NCBI GenBank assembly: GCA_903896615.1
Contig: CAITYM010000048.1
Coordinates: 4,750 to 68,749, forward strand
Direction of reading: 5' to 3'
DNA from: an uncultured Burkholderiales bacterium
Lineage (GTDB): Bacteria > Pseudomonadota > Gammaproteobacteria > Burkholderiales > Burkholderiaceae_C
Length of the DNA: 64,000 bases
The translations under genes were made by a program, and so were the position numbers. The notes under the pieces are model-generated. The model was given only the letters and a program-made list of their open reading frames with translations, made no database searches and had not been told where the DNA came from. Positions 20,961 through 31,991 of this stretch are shown here, one piece after another (position 1 is the stretch's first letter; each line of letters opens with the position of its first letter).

Positions 20961-21626
20961 CTAGGGCTTCCAGGATAAGAAGTTGCGATAAAGCATTAAT
21001 CCCATATCTGCACTTTTTTCGGGATGGAACTGCGTTGCGAAAATATTATCACTGGCAATGACTGATGTAAAGCGGTGGCCATAAACTGTTTCCCCCGCAG
21101 TGTAGCGCACATCCGACGGACGTGCGTAAAAACTGTGCACAAAATAAAAGTAGCTATTTTGCGGAACACCCTCCCATAAGTGATGCTCGCCGCATTGAAT
21201 TACTTGGTTCCAGCCCATTTGTGGCACCTTAAAGCGACTCCCATCTGGTTGTAGTTGTCCGATTAAATTAAATTTGACAACCCGTCCTGGTATCAACCCA
21301 AGGCAATGCGTACCCTTATCAGATTGACCGTCACCCTCTTCGCTGTGGTCTAAAAGCATTTGCATGCCAACGCAAACACCAAACAAAGGTTTGTTACGCG
21401 CCGCGTTCAGCACAGCCTGCTTTAGTCCTGCCCGCTCTAATTCGTGCATGCAGTCTTTCATAGCCCCTTGGCCAGGCAAAACTATTCGCGTTGCCCGCTG
21501 CACGACATCAGGGTCGCTGGTTATCACCACTTTTGTGGGGCTTCCCTCCGCTGCCTTGATAACCGCCTGGGATACGGAGCGAAGGTTACCCATTCCATAA
21601 TCGACGACTGCAACCGTATCAATCAT
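20961..21626 (-). CDS. hisH: Imidazole glycerol phosphate synthase glutaminase subunit
   Basis: [12 protein letters not shown], the nucleophile context GVCVGMQ, and FHPEKS. Confidence 0.95.
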   Translation of the reverse strand: MIDTVAVVDYGMGNLRSVSQAVIKAAEGSPTKVVITSDPDVVQRATRIVLPGQGAMKDCMHELERAGLKQAVLNAARNKPLFGVCVGMQMLLDHSEEGDGQSDKGTHCLGLIPGRVVKFNLIGQLQPDGSRFKVPQMGWNQVIQCGEHHLWEGVPQNSYFYFVHSFYARPSDVRYTAGETVYGHRFTSVIASDNIFATQFHPEKSADMGLMLYRNFLSWKP

Positions 21627-21656
21627 AAAAATAAATTAAATGCGTGAGCACTGGAC

Positions 21657-22250
21657 TCACAAAACACCCTTGGTTGAAGGGATCACACCGGCACTGCGGG
21701 GATCAAGCTCAATAGCCATTCTTATCGCTCGACCAAAAGCTTTAAACACAGTTTCTGCTTGGTGGTGTGAGTTCTCGCCTCGCAAATTATCTATGTGCAG
21801 AGTCACAAAGGCATGGTTTACAAATCCTTGAAAAAACTCAAAAGCCAACTGGGTATCAAAGTGGCCAACTGAGCCACTCTTAAACGGCACGTGCATCTCC
21901 AGTCCCGGGCGACCCGAAAAATCTACAACAACCCGGGACAACGCCTCATCTAAAGGAACATAAGCGTGTCCGTAGCGACGAATCCCAGACTTATCTCCCA
22001 CCGCTTGCGCCAAGGCTTGACCAATCGCAATACCCACATCCTCAACTGTGTGATGCCCATCGATATGCAAATCCCCCTTAGCCGCCACCTCTAGATCAAT
22101 CATTCCGTGGCGTGCAATTTGATCAAGCATGTGGTCAAAAAAACCAATTCCTGTATCCAACTTAGATACACCAGTGCCGTCAATATTTAATTTGACAGTA
22201 ATTTGGGTTTCGCGAGTATTACGCGTTACTTCTGCTTTTCTTGGCTTCAT
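21657..22250 (-). CDS. hisB: Imidazoleglycerol-phosphate dehydratase
   Basis: RNTRETQI...GFFDHML...DGHHTVED...NSHHQAE motifs. Confidence 0.95.
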   Translation of the reverse strand: MKPRKAEVTRNTRETQITVKLNIDGTGVSKLDTGIGFFDHMLDQIARHGMIDLEVAAKGDLHIDGHHTVEDVGIAIGQALAQAVGDKSGIRRYGHAYVPLDEALSRVVVDFSGRPGLEMHVPFKSGSVGHFDTQLAFEFFQGFVNHAFVTLHIDNLRGENSHHQAETVFKAFGRAIRMAIELDPRSAGVIPSTKGVL

Positions 22251-22271
22251 TATTGAGTACTTTAATGATGT

Positions 22272-23462
22272 TTAAAGATGACTGGCACACAACTCGTCTA
22301 AAGCACCCAGAAGTTGCGCATTTTCCTCTGGGGTTCCGACAGTTAAACGCAAACACCCGACAAGTAAGGGATGCATTTTAGAAACATTTTTTACCAAAAT
22401 ACCCTTAGACTTCAGTGCCTCAAAAATTTTGAGTGCAAATGCGTTATCAACTCCTGACTCACCTGCAAATCGAACCAAGATCATATTGCCTTGGCTTGTA
22501 AAGGGCTTGACCCCCTTTATACGAGAGAGATGCTGGGTGATTTTCTCGCGCTGCTCACAAATCACCTGCGCCTGCTCAGCAAATACATGGGCATGCTCAA
22601 GAGCAAATAAAGCGCATTCGGCATTAAGAACGCTCACGTTATATGGGGGCCTGATTTTCTCAATCTCCCCAATTACTGCGTTTGGACCAATCAAGTAACC
22701 AATTCTTACACCTGCCAAGCCAAATTTGGAGAGAGTACGCATCAAAAGAACTTGCCGATGTGCAAGCGGATCCCTGCGTATCTCATCCAACCATGAATGG
22801 CTTGAGAAGGGTTGGTAAGCTTCGTCCACAACCACCCATCCACCGTATGCGCTCACACTATCAATGATGCTGCGGATACTGTCCTTGCTCCACAAATTGG
22901 CGCTGGGATTATTTGGGTAAGCAAGATACACGAGCGCAGGATTGTGCTCATTCACGGCCCTAAGCATTGCATCCAAATCTAGCTCAAAATCAGGCAACAA
23001 AGGAACGCCCACATACCTCAAACCCTGCAGTTGCGCGCTCACTGAGTACATGACAAACCCTGGTTCAGGCGCCAGCACATAAGGCGTATCGGACACGGCC
23101 TCAAAAGCTAAGCCAGGCCCAGTTACAGATCCAGACTTTGCACAAGCGGTACTAAGCAAAGAGATCAATTCATCAGAGCCGTTCCCAAGGACCAGTCCGT
23201 ACCCACTGGGCATGCTGACATACTTAGTCAAAGCATTTTTAAGCGACTCAACCTGTGCACCTGGATATCGGTTGACTGCAACCTTCGCTAGCCTTGCCCC
23301 CAAGGCATCAGCCAATTCAGCAGGTAACGAAAACGGGTTTTCCATCGCATCGAGCTTGACCATGCCCTGGGCATCTTGGACAACATAGGCGTGCATTTTC
23401 TTTACATCATCGCGAATAAAACGCAAATCGCACTGTTGCGTTTCGGGCTGAATGTTCTTCAC
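22272..23462 (-). CDS. hisC: Histidinol-phosphate aminotransferase
   Basis: Class II aminotransferase features: [13 protein letters not shown], and the PLP-lysine context [14 protein letters not shown]. It sits between hisD and hisB. Confidence 0.85.
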   Translation of the reverse strand: MKNIQPETQQCDLRFIRDDVKKMHAYVVQDAQGMVKLDAMENPFSLPAELADALGARLAKVAVNRYPGAQVESLKNALTKYVSMPSGYGLVLGNGSDELISLLSTACAKSGSVTGPGLAFEAVSDTPYVLAPEPGFVMYSVSAQLQGLRYVGVPLLPDFELDLDAMLRAVNEHNPALVYLAYPNNPSANLWSKDSIRSIIDSVSAYGGWVVVDEAYQPFSSHSWLDEIRRDPLAHRQVLLMRTLSKFGLAGVRIGYLIGPNAVIGEIEKIRPPYNVSVLNAECALFALEHAHVFAEQAQVICEQREKITQHLSRIKGVKPFTSQGNMILVRFAGESGVDNAFALKIFEALKSKGILVKNVSKMHPLLVGCLRLTVGTPEENAQLLGALDELCASHL

Positions 23463-24871
23463 TTTAGTGAGCCCCCACTGGACTTTTCGCTAGACTTATC
23501 GTTAGATTTGGAATCAGGATCCTTTGAATCTAAACGCATTTCAGCCGCAAGGGCGTGCGCCTGCAGACCCTCGCCCCTTGCCAACACAGATGCAATTGAT
23601 CCTAAGAGTTGCGCTCCAACGCGGCTAACTTCTATCAAACTACTTCGCTTTTGAAAATCGTAAACACCAAGGGGCGAACTAAAACGCGCAGTCCCCGAGG
23701 TCGGGAGCACATGGTTAGGACCCGCACAATAGTCGCCCAATGACTCGCTCGTATAGGCACCCATAAAAATGGCGCCTGCGTGAACCAATAATGGTTCCCA
23801 TTGATGCGGTTCTTGGCTTGATATTTCCAAATGCTCAGGGGCTACTCGGTTACTAATCTCACACGCCTCTTTCATACTGGAGGTTTGAATCAGCGCACCG
23901 CGACCGTTCAAAGACTTAGCAATAATTTCGCGCCTATCCATTTGCGGCAACAACCTATCTATCTCGCCTTGAACTCGGTCTATGTAAGCAGCGTCTGGGC
24001 AAAGCAATATGCTTTGCGCCAACTCATCGTGTTCGGCTTGCGAGAAAAGATCCATCGCAACCCATTCTGGCGGGGTTGATCCATCAGCAATCACAAGGAT
24101 CTCACTTGGCCCTGCAATCATGTCAATGCCAACTTTGCCAAAAACACGCCTCTTGGCCGCTGCCACATAAGCATTTCCAGGGCCGGTTATTTTGTCAACA
24201 CTAGGAATTGTTTGCGTACCGTAAGCCAATGCGGCTACGGCCTGGGCGCCCCCGATGGTAAACACTTTGCTCACACCAGCCACATACGCAGCAGCAAGAA
24301 CGAGTTGATTCTTTGCTCCCCCTGGTGTGGGCACTACCATAATAATTTCCGAAACCCCTGCAACATGTGCAGGCACGGCATTCATCAACACACTGGAGGG
24401 ATATGCGGCCAACCCACCGGGAACATAAATCCCAACTCGGTCTAGTGGCGTTACCTTTTGCCCCAACAAGTTACCTTGCTCATCCCTATAACTCCAGCTC
24501 TCACCGCTTGCTTTTCTCTGGGCCTGGTGATAAGTCCTAACGCGCCCCTCAGCCTGAATCAGGGCATCTCGTTGGCTTTGCGGGAGCGAGTCAAAGGCAT
24601 TCTTTAATTGCTCAGGCGGTACGCACAGCTCAGAAACACTGCCTGCATCTAACCGATCAAAGGCTTTGGTGTACTCAAGCACCGCCGCATCACCTCTAGA
24701 CTGAACGTCAATCAAAATACTTGCAACTCGATCCTCTATGGCTTGATCAGTTGAGCTTGACCAGTGCAGACGCTTTAGAAAAGCTTGTTCGAAATCATCG
24801 CTCTGAGTATTGAGTCTGATAGGACGAGCGCTGATTTGAGCTTTTGGTTGATCAATGCCTTCGCTATTCAT
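23459..24871 (-). CDS. hisD: Histidinol dehydrogenase
   Basis: [26 protein letters not shown] and HALAAE motifs. It has an unusual Ser/Lys/Asp-rich C-terminal tail. Confidence 0.95.
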   Translation of the reverse strand: MNSEGIDQPKAQISARPIRLNTQSDDFEQAFLKRLHWSSSTDQAIEDRVASILIDVQSRGDAAVLEYTKAFDRLDAGSVSELCVPPEQLKNAFDSLPQSQRDALIQAEGRVRTYHQAQRKASGESWSYRDEQGNLLGQKVTPLDRVGIYVPGGLAAYPSSVLMNAVPAHVAGVSEIIMVVPTPGGAKNQLVLAAAYVAGVSKVFTIGGAQAVAALAYGTQTIPSVDKITGPGNAYVAAAKRRVFGKVGIDMIAGPSEILVIADGSTPPEWVAMDLFSQAEHDELAQSILLCPDAAYIDRVQGEIDRLLPQMDRREIIAKSLNGRGALIQTSSMKEACEISNRVAPEHLEISSQEPHQWEPLLVHAGAIFMGAYTSESLGDYCAGPNHVLPTSGTARFSSPLGVYDFQKRSSLIEVSRVGAQLLGSIASVLARGEGLQAHALAAEMRLDSKDPDSKSNDKSSEKSSGGSLK

Positions 24872-25596
24872 GACATAAGCCCTTCAGCTTTCTCATCAAC
24901 TGCTCGAGAAAATGCTTCTAATAAAAATTTAATAGACGATTGCTTCAACTTAAGGGCTGCTTGGTTGATTACCAATCTAGAGCTAATTGACATTATTTGC
25001 TCTACTTCTACTAAATGATTGGCCTTCAAGGTGTTGCCACTTGATACCAAGTCAACAATTGCATCAGCAAGTCCCGTGAGAGGCGCCAACTCCATGCTTC
25101 CGTAGAGCTTAACCAAATCTACATGCACTCCTTTATGCGCAAAGAATTCTCGCGCAATAGTCATGTACTTGGTGGCTACTTTTAAGCGGGACCCCTGTTT
25201 GACTGCGCCTGCGTAATCAAATCCCTGTGGCACTGCTACGGACATCCTACATTTTGCAATCTTAAGATCCAAAGGCTGATAAAGACCAGTACCCCCATGC
25301 TCAATCAATGTATCAAGACCCGTCACCCCAAGGTCTGCCCCCCCGTATTCGACATAGGTTGGAACGTCCGAGGCTCTAACCAACACTACACGTACAAGCG
25401 GTTGATTGGTTGGCAATATTAACTTTCTGGAGTGTTCTGGATTTTCTAGAACTTCCAAGCCAGCAGCTTTTAAAAGTGGCAGGGTCTCATCAAAAATCCT
25501 ACCCTTTGATAATGCCAAAGTAATAGCAGATGTGATTTTGGGCTGAACACTTAACTCAGCCGTATCTTTTGCCAATGATGTATTTGATGTATTCAT
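24868..25596 (-). CDS. hisG: ATP phosphoribosyltransferase (short form)
   Basis: [16 protein letters not shown] and [13 protein letters not shown] motifs. It overlaps hisD by 4 nt. The N-terminal ~20 aa may be an overextension. Confidence 0.9.
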   Translation of the reverse strand: MNTSNTSLAKDTAELSVQPKITSAITLALSKGRIFDETLPLLKAAGLEVLENPEHSRKLILPTNQPLVRVVLVRASDVPTYVEYGGADLGVTGLDTLIEHGGTGLYQPLDLKIAKCRMSVAVPQGFDYAGAVKQGSRLKVATKYMTIAREFFAHKGVHVDLVKLYGSMELAPLTGLADAIVDLVSSGNTLKANHLVEVEQIMSISSRLVINQAALKLKQSSIKFLLEAFSRAVDEKAEGLMS

Positions 25597-25630
25597 TAAA
25601 AACTTTTACAAATGCCGCTTTGCTTATGGT

Positions 25631-26908
25631 TTACTGAATGCGCTCTATATCCGCACCCAAATTACGCAACTTAACCTCCATTCGGTCATACCCCCTATCT
25701 AGATGATAGATCCTGTCAACCAGAGTTTCACCGCTCGCAACCAAGCCCGCGATGACCAAACTAGCAGAGGCCCTCAAGTCAGTTGCCATCACGGTTGCAC
25801 CCGATAGCAAAGGCACTCCCTCAACCATTGACACCTTACCGTCTATTTGGATTTTTGCACCAAGGCGCAACAACTCATTCACATGCATGAATCGATTCTC
25901 AAAAATAGTCTCCGTCACATGACTTGAGCCCCTAGAGACCGAATTAAGTACCATGAACTGAGCCTGCATATCGGTTGGAAATCCAGGATATTCAGTTGTT
26001 CTAAAGGTCTGTGCTTGTAGATGCTCATAAGCAGGACCAGGGCTGCTTACCCGAATACCTGATTCAAGAGCTTCAATTTGAACGCCAGCATCACGTAACT
26101 TATCGATCACCGCCCCCAAATGCTCCGCCCTTGCATGCTTTAGAAATACATCCCCCCCCGTAGCGGCAACAGCACATAAAAAAGTTCCAGCCTCGATCCT
26201 ATCTGCAACCACTTTATGTGTTGCCCCACCTAACTCGTCAACGCCCTGAATATGTATTTGACTGGTTCCATGACCTTCGATTTTGGCACCCATTGCAATC
26301 AAAAGCTCGGCTAAATCGGTGATCTCTGGCTCTTGTGCTGCATTTTCTAATAAAGTCTCGCCACTGGCCAAAGCCGCAGCCATCATAAAATTCTCAGTCC
26401 CCGTAACGGTGACCATATCGGTCGCAATCCGAGCTCCGTGCAATTTCTTAAGCCCCGAAGCTAAATGAGCAATCATGTATCCGTGTTCAACTGAGATTTG
26501 CGCACCCATCGCCTGCAAACCCTTAAGATGTTGATCAACCGGGCGCGAGCCAATTGCGCAACCACCTGGCAAAGAAACCTTGGCGCGACCGCAGCGCGCC
26601 AAAAGGGGCCCCAACGCCAACACAGAAGCCCTCATTGTTTTTACCAACTCATACGGAGCTTCAGGGGCTGTGATTTCGCTTGCATTCAAAACAAGAGTCC
26701 CCGAGCCTTGCATGTCGGCTTTGACCCCCATATTGCGCACCAACTTTAGCATTGTGCTGACATCTTTAAGGGAGGGGAGATTTTGCAAGGTCAGTGGCTC
26801 AGCACTCAGTAAAGCGGCACATATCTCCGGCAATGCTGCGTTCTTTGCGCCCGCAATGCTTACCTCTCCGTTTAAAGTCCGACCACCTCGAATGAGTAAC
26901 TTATCCAT
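25631..26908 (-). CDS. murA: UDP-N-acetylglucosamine 1-carboxyvinyltransferase
   Basis: [24 protein letters not shown], the active-site [14 protein letters not shown] and the C-terminal HLDRGY motif. Confidence 0.97.
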   Translation of the reverse strand: MDKLLIRGGRTLNGEVSIAGAKNAALPEICAALLSAEPLTLQNLPSLKDVSTMLKLVRNMGVKADMQGSGTLVLNASEITAPEAPYELVKTMRASVLALGPLLARCGRAKVSLPGGCAIGSRPVDQHLKGLQAMGAQISVEHGYMIAHLASGLKKLHGARIATDMVTVTGTENFMMAAALASGETLLENAAQEPEITDLAELLIAMGAKIEGHGTSQIHIQGVDELGGATHKVVADRIEAGTFLCAVAATGGDVFLKHARAEHLGAVIDKLRDAGVQIEALESGIRVSSPGPAYEHLQAQTFRTTEYPGFPTDMQAQFMVLNSVSRGSSHVTETIFENRFMHVNELLRLGAKIQIDGKVSMVEGVPLLSGATVMATDLRASASLVIAGLVASGETLVDRIYHLDRGYDRMEVKLRNLGADIERIQ

Positions 26909-26917
26909 TGCGCAAAA

Positions 26918-27175
26918 TTAATTAAGAAATTGCTTTTGATCCTGAACCGCCCACTCAGCAGGGGTAAAGGTCTTCATAGACAACGCATGAATCTCATCGT
27001 TGTGCATTTTGTTACCTAAACAGGCATAAACTTTTTGATGCCTTTGCAAAGGGCGAACCCCATCAAAAGCATTGGATACGATAACACCAAACCAATGTCT
27101 TCCGTCGCCGGTGATGTTTATTAAATCACAAGTGATCTGTGACTTAATGATGTCCTCTATTTCTTGACCTGTCAT
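26918..27175 (-). CDS. ibaG: BolA-family protein (IbaG/YrbA-like)
   Basis: 85 aa from the internal ATG at 27173-27175. It has the ...GDGRHW...VSNAF...RHQ.VY... BolA pattern and the conserved position between the mla region and murA. Confidence 0.8.
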   Translation of the reverse strand: MTGQEIEDIIKSQITCDLINITGDGRHWFGVIVSNAFDGVRPLQRHQKVYACLGNKMHNDEIHALSMKTFTPAEWAVQDQKQFLN

Positions 27176-27189
27176 GAAGCTACTCCAAA

Positions 27190-27945
27190 TTAACCACGGA
27201 TTTTGTATCCACTCTTTAGCATTGAAAGTGCAATGCCAGAGACGATCACAAATGCACTCAAAACCAAACTCAAACTCAACCAAGGCGAAACATCGCTGAT
27301 ACCGAAAAATCCATATCTAAATCCATCAATCATATAAAAGAATGGATTTAGATGACTAAGAGTTTGCCAAAACGGAGGAAGTGAATGAATAGAGTAGAAA
27401 ACCCCACTCAAAAAAGTCATGGGCATGATCACAAAGTTTTGAAATGCCGCCATCTGATCAAACTTCTCCGACCACAAACCAGCGATTAAACCCAGCGCCC
27501 CCAGCATCGCCGCGCCAAGGAATGCAAATACCAAAATCCACACTGGGGCCACTAGGCTGAGGTCAGCAAAAAACAAAGTTACCGTTAAAACACCTAATCC
27601 CACTACCAAGCCTCTCACCATAGAGGATCCCACATAGGCAACAAACCAACTCCAGTGATTCAAGGGAGCAAGCAATATGAAAACCAAATTGCCCATGATT
27701 TTGCTTTGAATCAAAGATGAAGAACTGTTTGCAAATGCATTTTGCAAAACACTCATCATGACCAGCCCCGGAACCAAAAATGCGGCGTAACTTACGCTGT
27801 CATACACCTTCACCCGATCAGCCATCACGTGACCAAATATGAGTAAATACAAAAGAGAGGTGAGCACTGGGGCGGCGACAGTTTGAAAGCTGACTTTCCA
27901 AAATCTGAGTATTTCTTTGTAAAAAAGCGCTTGCCAACCCATCAT
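27190..27945 (-). CDS. ABC-2 type transporter permease
   Basis: Six-TM protein of 251 aa, overlapping the upstream ATPase gene by 4 nt. Confidence 0.8.
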   Translation of the reverse strand: MMGWQALFYKEILRFWKVSFQTVAAPVLTSLLYLLIFGHVMADRVKVYDSVSYAAFLVPGLVMMSVLQNAFANSSSSLIQSKIMGNLVFILLAPLNHWSWFVAYVGSSMVRGLVVGLGVLTVTLFFADLSLVAPVWILVFAFLGAAMLGALGLIAGLWSEKFDQMAAFQNFVIMPMTFLSGVFYSIHSLPPFWQTLSHLNPFFYMIDGFRYGFFGISDVSPWLSLSLVLSAFVIVSGIALSMLKSGYKIRG

Positions 27946-28847
27946 GATGACTCCCCCATCACTTCAATAAATACATCCTCTAAATCTGCTTTGCGAATCT
28001 CAACATCCTCAGCAGTCAATCCCGCGGTGCGAATGCTGGATAAGTATCCCTCGATTTGCTCCGCGTTATGGGCGGGTAACTGCACAATTCGACCCGTCAC
28101 ACGAGCTAATTTTGCAAGCTCTGGTGGCAAGGGCGAATCAAGTTTGAAGCGCAACACGTTGCTAGAGGCAGCTTTCAACAACTCACTTGTTTTATTAAGC
28201 GCAACAACGCGTCCCGTTTTAAGCATCGCAATTCTTTGACAAAGTGCCTCCGCCTCTTCCAAGTAATGCGTTGTCAAAAGTACGGTGTGGCCTTTTTTAT
28301 TTAACCGATCAATAAACTGCCATAGTGTTTGCCTAAGCTCCACATCAACACCCGCAGTTGGCTCATCCAATACGATCACAGGTGGCTTATGAACAAGCGC
28401 CTGCGCAACCAAGACACGTCGCTTCATTCCGCCAGAGAGTTGGCGCATGTTGCTATTGGCTTTATCACTTAAACCCAACCCCACCAGTAACTCATCTATC
28501 CAAGCAGAATTGTTTGAAACCCCAAAATAGCCCGATTGAAATTTCAAAGCTTCACTAACTGTAAAAAACGGATCAAAAACCAATTCTTGAGGAACAATGC
28601 CAAGGAGTTTGCGCGTTTTAAGGGGTTCATTTTGAACATCTATGCCATTTACTTTGATGGCTCCACTGGTTGCCTTTGCAAGGCCAGCAAGTATGCTGAT
28701 CAAAGTGGTTTTACCAGCACCGTTGGGTCCAAGTAGGCCAAAAAACTCACCCTCTTTAATTTCGAAGTTAACCCCGTCAAGGGCTTTCATTGGGCCCTTG
28801 GCTGTATCAAAGACCTTTGTTACTGACTGAAAAGAGATAGCGGACAT
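27942..28847 (-). CDS. ABC transporter ATP-binding protein (ABC-2 exporter type)
   Basis: Walker A GPNGAGKTT, signature LSGGMKRR and Walker B VIVLDEPT. Confidence 0.9.
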   Translation of the reverse strand: MSAISFQSVTKVFDTAKGPMKALDGVNFEIKEGEFFGLLGPNGAGKTTLISILAGLAKATSGAIKVNGIDVQNEPLKTRKLLGIVPQELVFDPFFTVSEALKFQSGYFGVSNNSAWIDELLVGLGLSDKANSNMRQLSGGMKRRVLVAQALVHKPPVIVLDEPTAGVDVELRQTLWQFIDRLNKKGHTVLLTTHYLEEAEALCQRIAMLKTGRVVALNKTSELLKAASSNVLRFKLDSPLPPELAKLARVTGRIVQLPAHNAEQIEGYLSSIRTAGLTAEDVEIRKADLEDVFIEVMGESS

Positions 28848-29029
28848 TTAGTTTTTATTTATGCACAAAAAAAAGAATTAGAAAAATCAAACTCTCACCT
28901 TGCGGTTTTTAAAGCTCAACGCAAAAAGCGCAGAGCGTAGAGTCCATAAAAGCCTTAGGCAAAGGGTTTATGAGGCGCATTTATTAACAGCCAAGCCGTT
29001 AGCTCGCCCCCAAACACATTAGCTGGAGT

Positions 29030-29302
29030 TTAAATAGGCAACAACTCCCCAACGCCGTACACTCGAGCAAGGGCTTTGGCACGCTCTGGCAATCCAGATA
29101 TTTGGAGCACCCCATTCCTTTGCTTCATATTTCTCACAAGTGTCAAAAGCAACGCCAATGCTGAGGAATCAAACTGAACCAACTCGCTCGCATCTATTAA
29201 GGTTATCGGACCAGTATCCGCACGCATCACCATCAAATACTCACGGGCACAAGCATCTGCATTCAAATGCGTAAGGGATGAGGGAAGTCTGAGAGTTGTC
29301 AC
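29030..29302 (-). CDS. mlaB: STAS-domain protein (MlaB-like)
   Basis: 90-aa protein in which FDSSALALLL fits the STAS pattern. It overlaps mlaC by 4 nt at the end of the mla cluster. Confidence 0.65.
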   Translation of the reverse strand: MTTLRLPSSLTHLNADACAREYLMVMRADTGPITLIDASELVQFDSSALALLLTLVRNMKQRNGVLQISGLPERAKALARVYGVGELLPI

Positions 29303-29958
29303 TTCTTTGAATTTGCTTTATTACGTTCGACAAGCGTAGCTATAAGCCCATCAATACCCTTTGCATTGATCTCCTGGGCAAACTGGCTTCTATAGGTCTC
29401 CACTAACCAAACGCCGAGAACATTCAAGTTGTAAATCTTCCAACCCGAACCGTTGCCCGGAGTTTTCTCAAGCCTGTAGTCAAGCTCTATAGGATCGCCT
29501 TTGCCCTTAAGCTCTGAACGCACCAATACTTCGTTGTCATCTGCGGAACCACGCATTGGCTTTACATTGATTGTTATATCGGTCACTTGGGACAACGCAC
29601 CAGCGTAGGTTCTAACCAACAAGGTTTTAAATTCATTGGCCAGCTTTGTTTGCTGCTCAGGGGTCGCAGTTCTCCAGGCAGGCCCAACCGCGGAGGCCGT
29701 CATTCGTTGAAAATTCAAATGCGGCATGATCCGCGTATCAACCACTACGCTTGCCTTTTGCAGGTCGCCCGACTTTAAAGCAGGATCGTTTTTAACAACT
29801 TCTTGCAGCTCACCAGAGAGCCTTTTAATGAACGCCTCAGGGGCTTCGTCGGCGGCGTTTGCAAGCGATGCCAGGCCAAGCACGATGCACGCAACCACAC
29901 AACTCAGCATGCGCGCGCGAAGGATTCGGGGAAAACATCGACCGTTATTGATTTCCAT
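29299..29958 (-). CDS. mlaC: Phospholipid-binding periplasmic protein MlaC (Ttg2D family)
   Basis: Signal peptide MLSCVVACIVLGLASLANA, so the true start may be the ATG at 29910. Size and position within the mla cluster also fit. Confidence 0.8.
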   Translation of the reverse strand: MEINNGRCFPRILRARMLSCVVACIVLGLASLANAADEAPEAFIKRLSGELQEVVKNDPALKSGDLQKASVVVDTRIMPHLNFQRMTASAVGPAWRTATPEQQTKLANEFKTLLVRTYAGALSQVTDITINVKPMRGSADDNEVLVRSELKGKGDPIELDYRLEKTPGNGSGWKIYNLNVLGVWLVETYRSQFAQEINAKGIDGLIATLVERNKANSKK

Positions 29959-29971
29959 TTTTCACTCTTAA

Positions 29972-30706
29972 TTATTCATCTTCATCAGTATCAGGCGGAT
30001 TACCGTCGTATATCTCATAGAGCCTTCTTTGCAAATAGGCATCTCTTATGAAAGAATACTTATCTAGTGCAATTGCATTTAGATTATCCTCTACTCCTAA
30101 CAACCCCTTTCTAACATCTACGGCATTAATTACGTAAAGACTGTTTCGAAGTGGGACATCCCTGATATCTTGAAAAGTAGGGTTCAACTCCACGTCGACC
30201 ACAAAGCCCGATGCATCTCTAAGCGTGGATGGGCCAAAAAAAGGCAACACCAAATAGGGGCCACTGGGAACACCCCAATAACCAAGTGTTTTCCCAAAAT
30301 CCTCCCTGTGCTTGTTCAGATCCAATGGGGTGGCAACGTCGATCAAGCCGAGCACGCCAACGGTTGTATTTACAACCACTCGACCGGCTAATTCAACCGT
30401 CTGGGCGCCTTTTAATTGCAAAGCACTATTAACTGCGCTCCAAACATCACGTAAATTACCAAAGAAATTATTCACTCCCTGTTGAAACAGATCGGGCGTG
30501 TAATCTTTATAGGCCACAGCAATGGGGCGAATCACGGCTTGGTCTGCTACATCATTGATCTCAAACACCTTTCGATTCATAGGTTCCCATGGATCCTTTG
30601 GGTTGAAATTAGCCGTGCTCGCACAGCCTGTCACCAAGAATGCGCAAAGGACCACCCCGAGGCGAGTCAACCCCCAAGAGATGGACAATGCTTTAATCAG
30701 CTTCAA
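29972..30706 (-). CDS. mlaA: Outer-membrane lipoprotein MlaA (VacJ family)
   Basis: Lipobox LVTGC, plus FEINDVADQAVIRPIA and GPYLVLPFFGPSTLRD motifs. Confidence 0.85.
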   Translation of the reverse strand: MKLIKALSISWGLTRLGVVLCAFLVTGCASTANFNPKDPWEPMNRKVFEINDVADQAVIRPIAVAYKDYTPDLFQQGVNNFFGNLRDVWSAVNSALQLKGAQTVELAGRVVVNTTVGVLGLIDVATPLDLNKHREDFGKTLGYWGVPSGPYLVLPFFGPSTLRDASGFVVDVELNPTFQDIRDVPLRNSLYVINAVDVRKGLLGVEDNLNAIALDKYSFIRDAYLQRRLYEIYDGNPPDTDEDE

Positions 30707-31182
30707 CGCGGCGCCCCACCACTTGAATTCTCAGAAGCCTTGTTATACAAGAACTGGCTAATTAAGCTCTCCAAAACGATCGCAGATTGAGTGGACGCAA
30801 CTGCGTCACCGGACTCAAGGTTTTTCGCATCCGCTCCGGCTTCAATCCCAATATATTGCTCACCGAGCAGTCCACTGGTTAAGATTTTGAGTGAACTGTC
30901 CTTTGGAAATTGGAAACGGGAGTCCATGGCCAACACAACCGATGCTTGGTAGTGTGAATCATCAAAATTAATTTCTCTGACTCGCCCAACCACAACTCCG
31001 GCGCTTTTAACGGCAGCCTGACGTTTTAATCCACCAATATTGTCAAAACGCGCTGTCAAGGTGTACGAAGTATGCCAATTGAGCGACAACAAATTAGCTG
31101 ATTGAAGTGCTAAGAATAAAAAAGCAACTGCGCCCAACACAACCAGTAAACCAACCCATACATCGCTCTTTGATCGCTGCAT
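30703..31182 (-). CDS. mlaD: MCE-domain protein MlaD
   Basis: N-terminal TM anchor followed by an MCE domain (F.N.GGLK..A.V...GV.VG.V). Confidence 0.85.
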   Translation of the reverse strand: MQRSKSDVWVGLLVVLGAVAFLFLALQSANLLSLNWHTSYTLTARFDNIGGLKRQAAVKSAGVVVGRVREINFDDSHYQASVVLAMDSRFQFPKDSSLKILTSGLLGEQYIGIEAGADAKNLESGDAVASTQSAIVLESLISQFLYNKASENSSGGAPR

Positions 31183-31211
31183 GAAGTACCCCTTAAATTA
31201 CATTCTATAAA

Positions 31212-31991
31212 TTACAAACTAAACATTAATGCTGTCAGCAAAAAGTCCAAACCCAATACAAATAACGACGCAACAACTACAGTGCTAGTAGTTGCGCGAG
31301 AAACGCCCTCAGGAGTGGGTTGAGCCTCAAAGCCCTGATACAAGGCAACAAAGGTAACAGTCACTCCGAAAATCAAACTCTTTAAAACACCGTTCAAAAC
31401 GTCTTTAAAAACGTCAACGCCGCCTTGCATTTGCCCCCAAAAGGAGCCTGAATCGATGCCAATCATGACTACCCCAACGATCCAACCACCCACAATACCC
31501 ATGGCACTAAATACTGCGGCCAGAATCGGCATTGTAAAAATACCAGCCCAAAAACGTGGGGCCAAAATGCGCGCAATAGGATCTATGCCCATCATCTCCA
31601 TTGCGCTGAGTTGCTCGCCCGCCTTCATCAAGCCAATCTCTGCAGTAAGGGATGTACCTGCTCGCCCCGCAAATAGCAACGCACAAACTACGGGCCCAAG
31701 TTCACGAACCAAACTTAGCGCCACCAACAAACCCAAAGCAGACTCTGATCCGTATTTTTGCAAGGTGTAATAACCTTGCAAACCGAGTACAAAACCAACA
31801 AATAATCCAGAAACAGAAATAATTGCTAACGAATAATTTCCCAAAAAATGCATCTGCTCGCTGACCAATCGAAACCGGCGCATATTGGGCTTAAAGAGTC
31901 GGACCAAGTGCACAAAAAGTCTAAATGCAACACCAAGGGCTTCCAAGAGGAGTCTGACGGATGCACCGATTTTGCTTAAAAATTCGATCAT
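31212..31991 (-). CDS. mlaE: ABC permease MlaE
   Basis: Polytopic membrane protein of 259 aa. The LVRELGPVV...AGRAGTSLTAEIG motif is typical of MlaE. Confidence 0.9.
   Translation of the reverse strand: MIEFLSKIGASVRLLLEALGVAFRLFVHLVRLFKPNMRRFRLVSEQMHFLGNYSLAIISVSGLFVGFVLGLQGYYTLQKYGSESALGLLVALSLVRELGPVVCALLFAGRAGTSLTAEIGLMKAGEQLSAMEMMGIDPIARILAPRFWAGIFTMPILAAVFSAMGIVGGWIVGVVMIGIDSGSFWGQMQGGVDVFKDVLNGVLKSLIFGVTVTFVALYQGFEAQPTPEGVSRATTSTVVVASLFVLGLDFLLTALMFSL

Noticed and set aside
27190-28847. The ABC-2 ATPase and permease pair next to the mla genes could be a novel transport system.
   Set aside because: This YadG/YadH-like pair between mlaB and ibaG-murA is, to my knowledge, a conserved betaproteobacterial arrangement. 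Nothing in the sequence is unusual.
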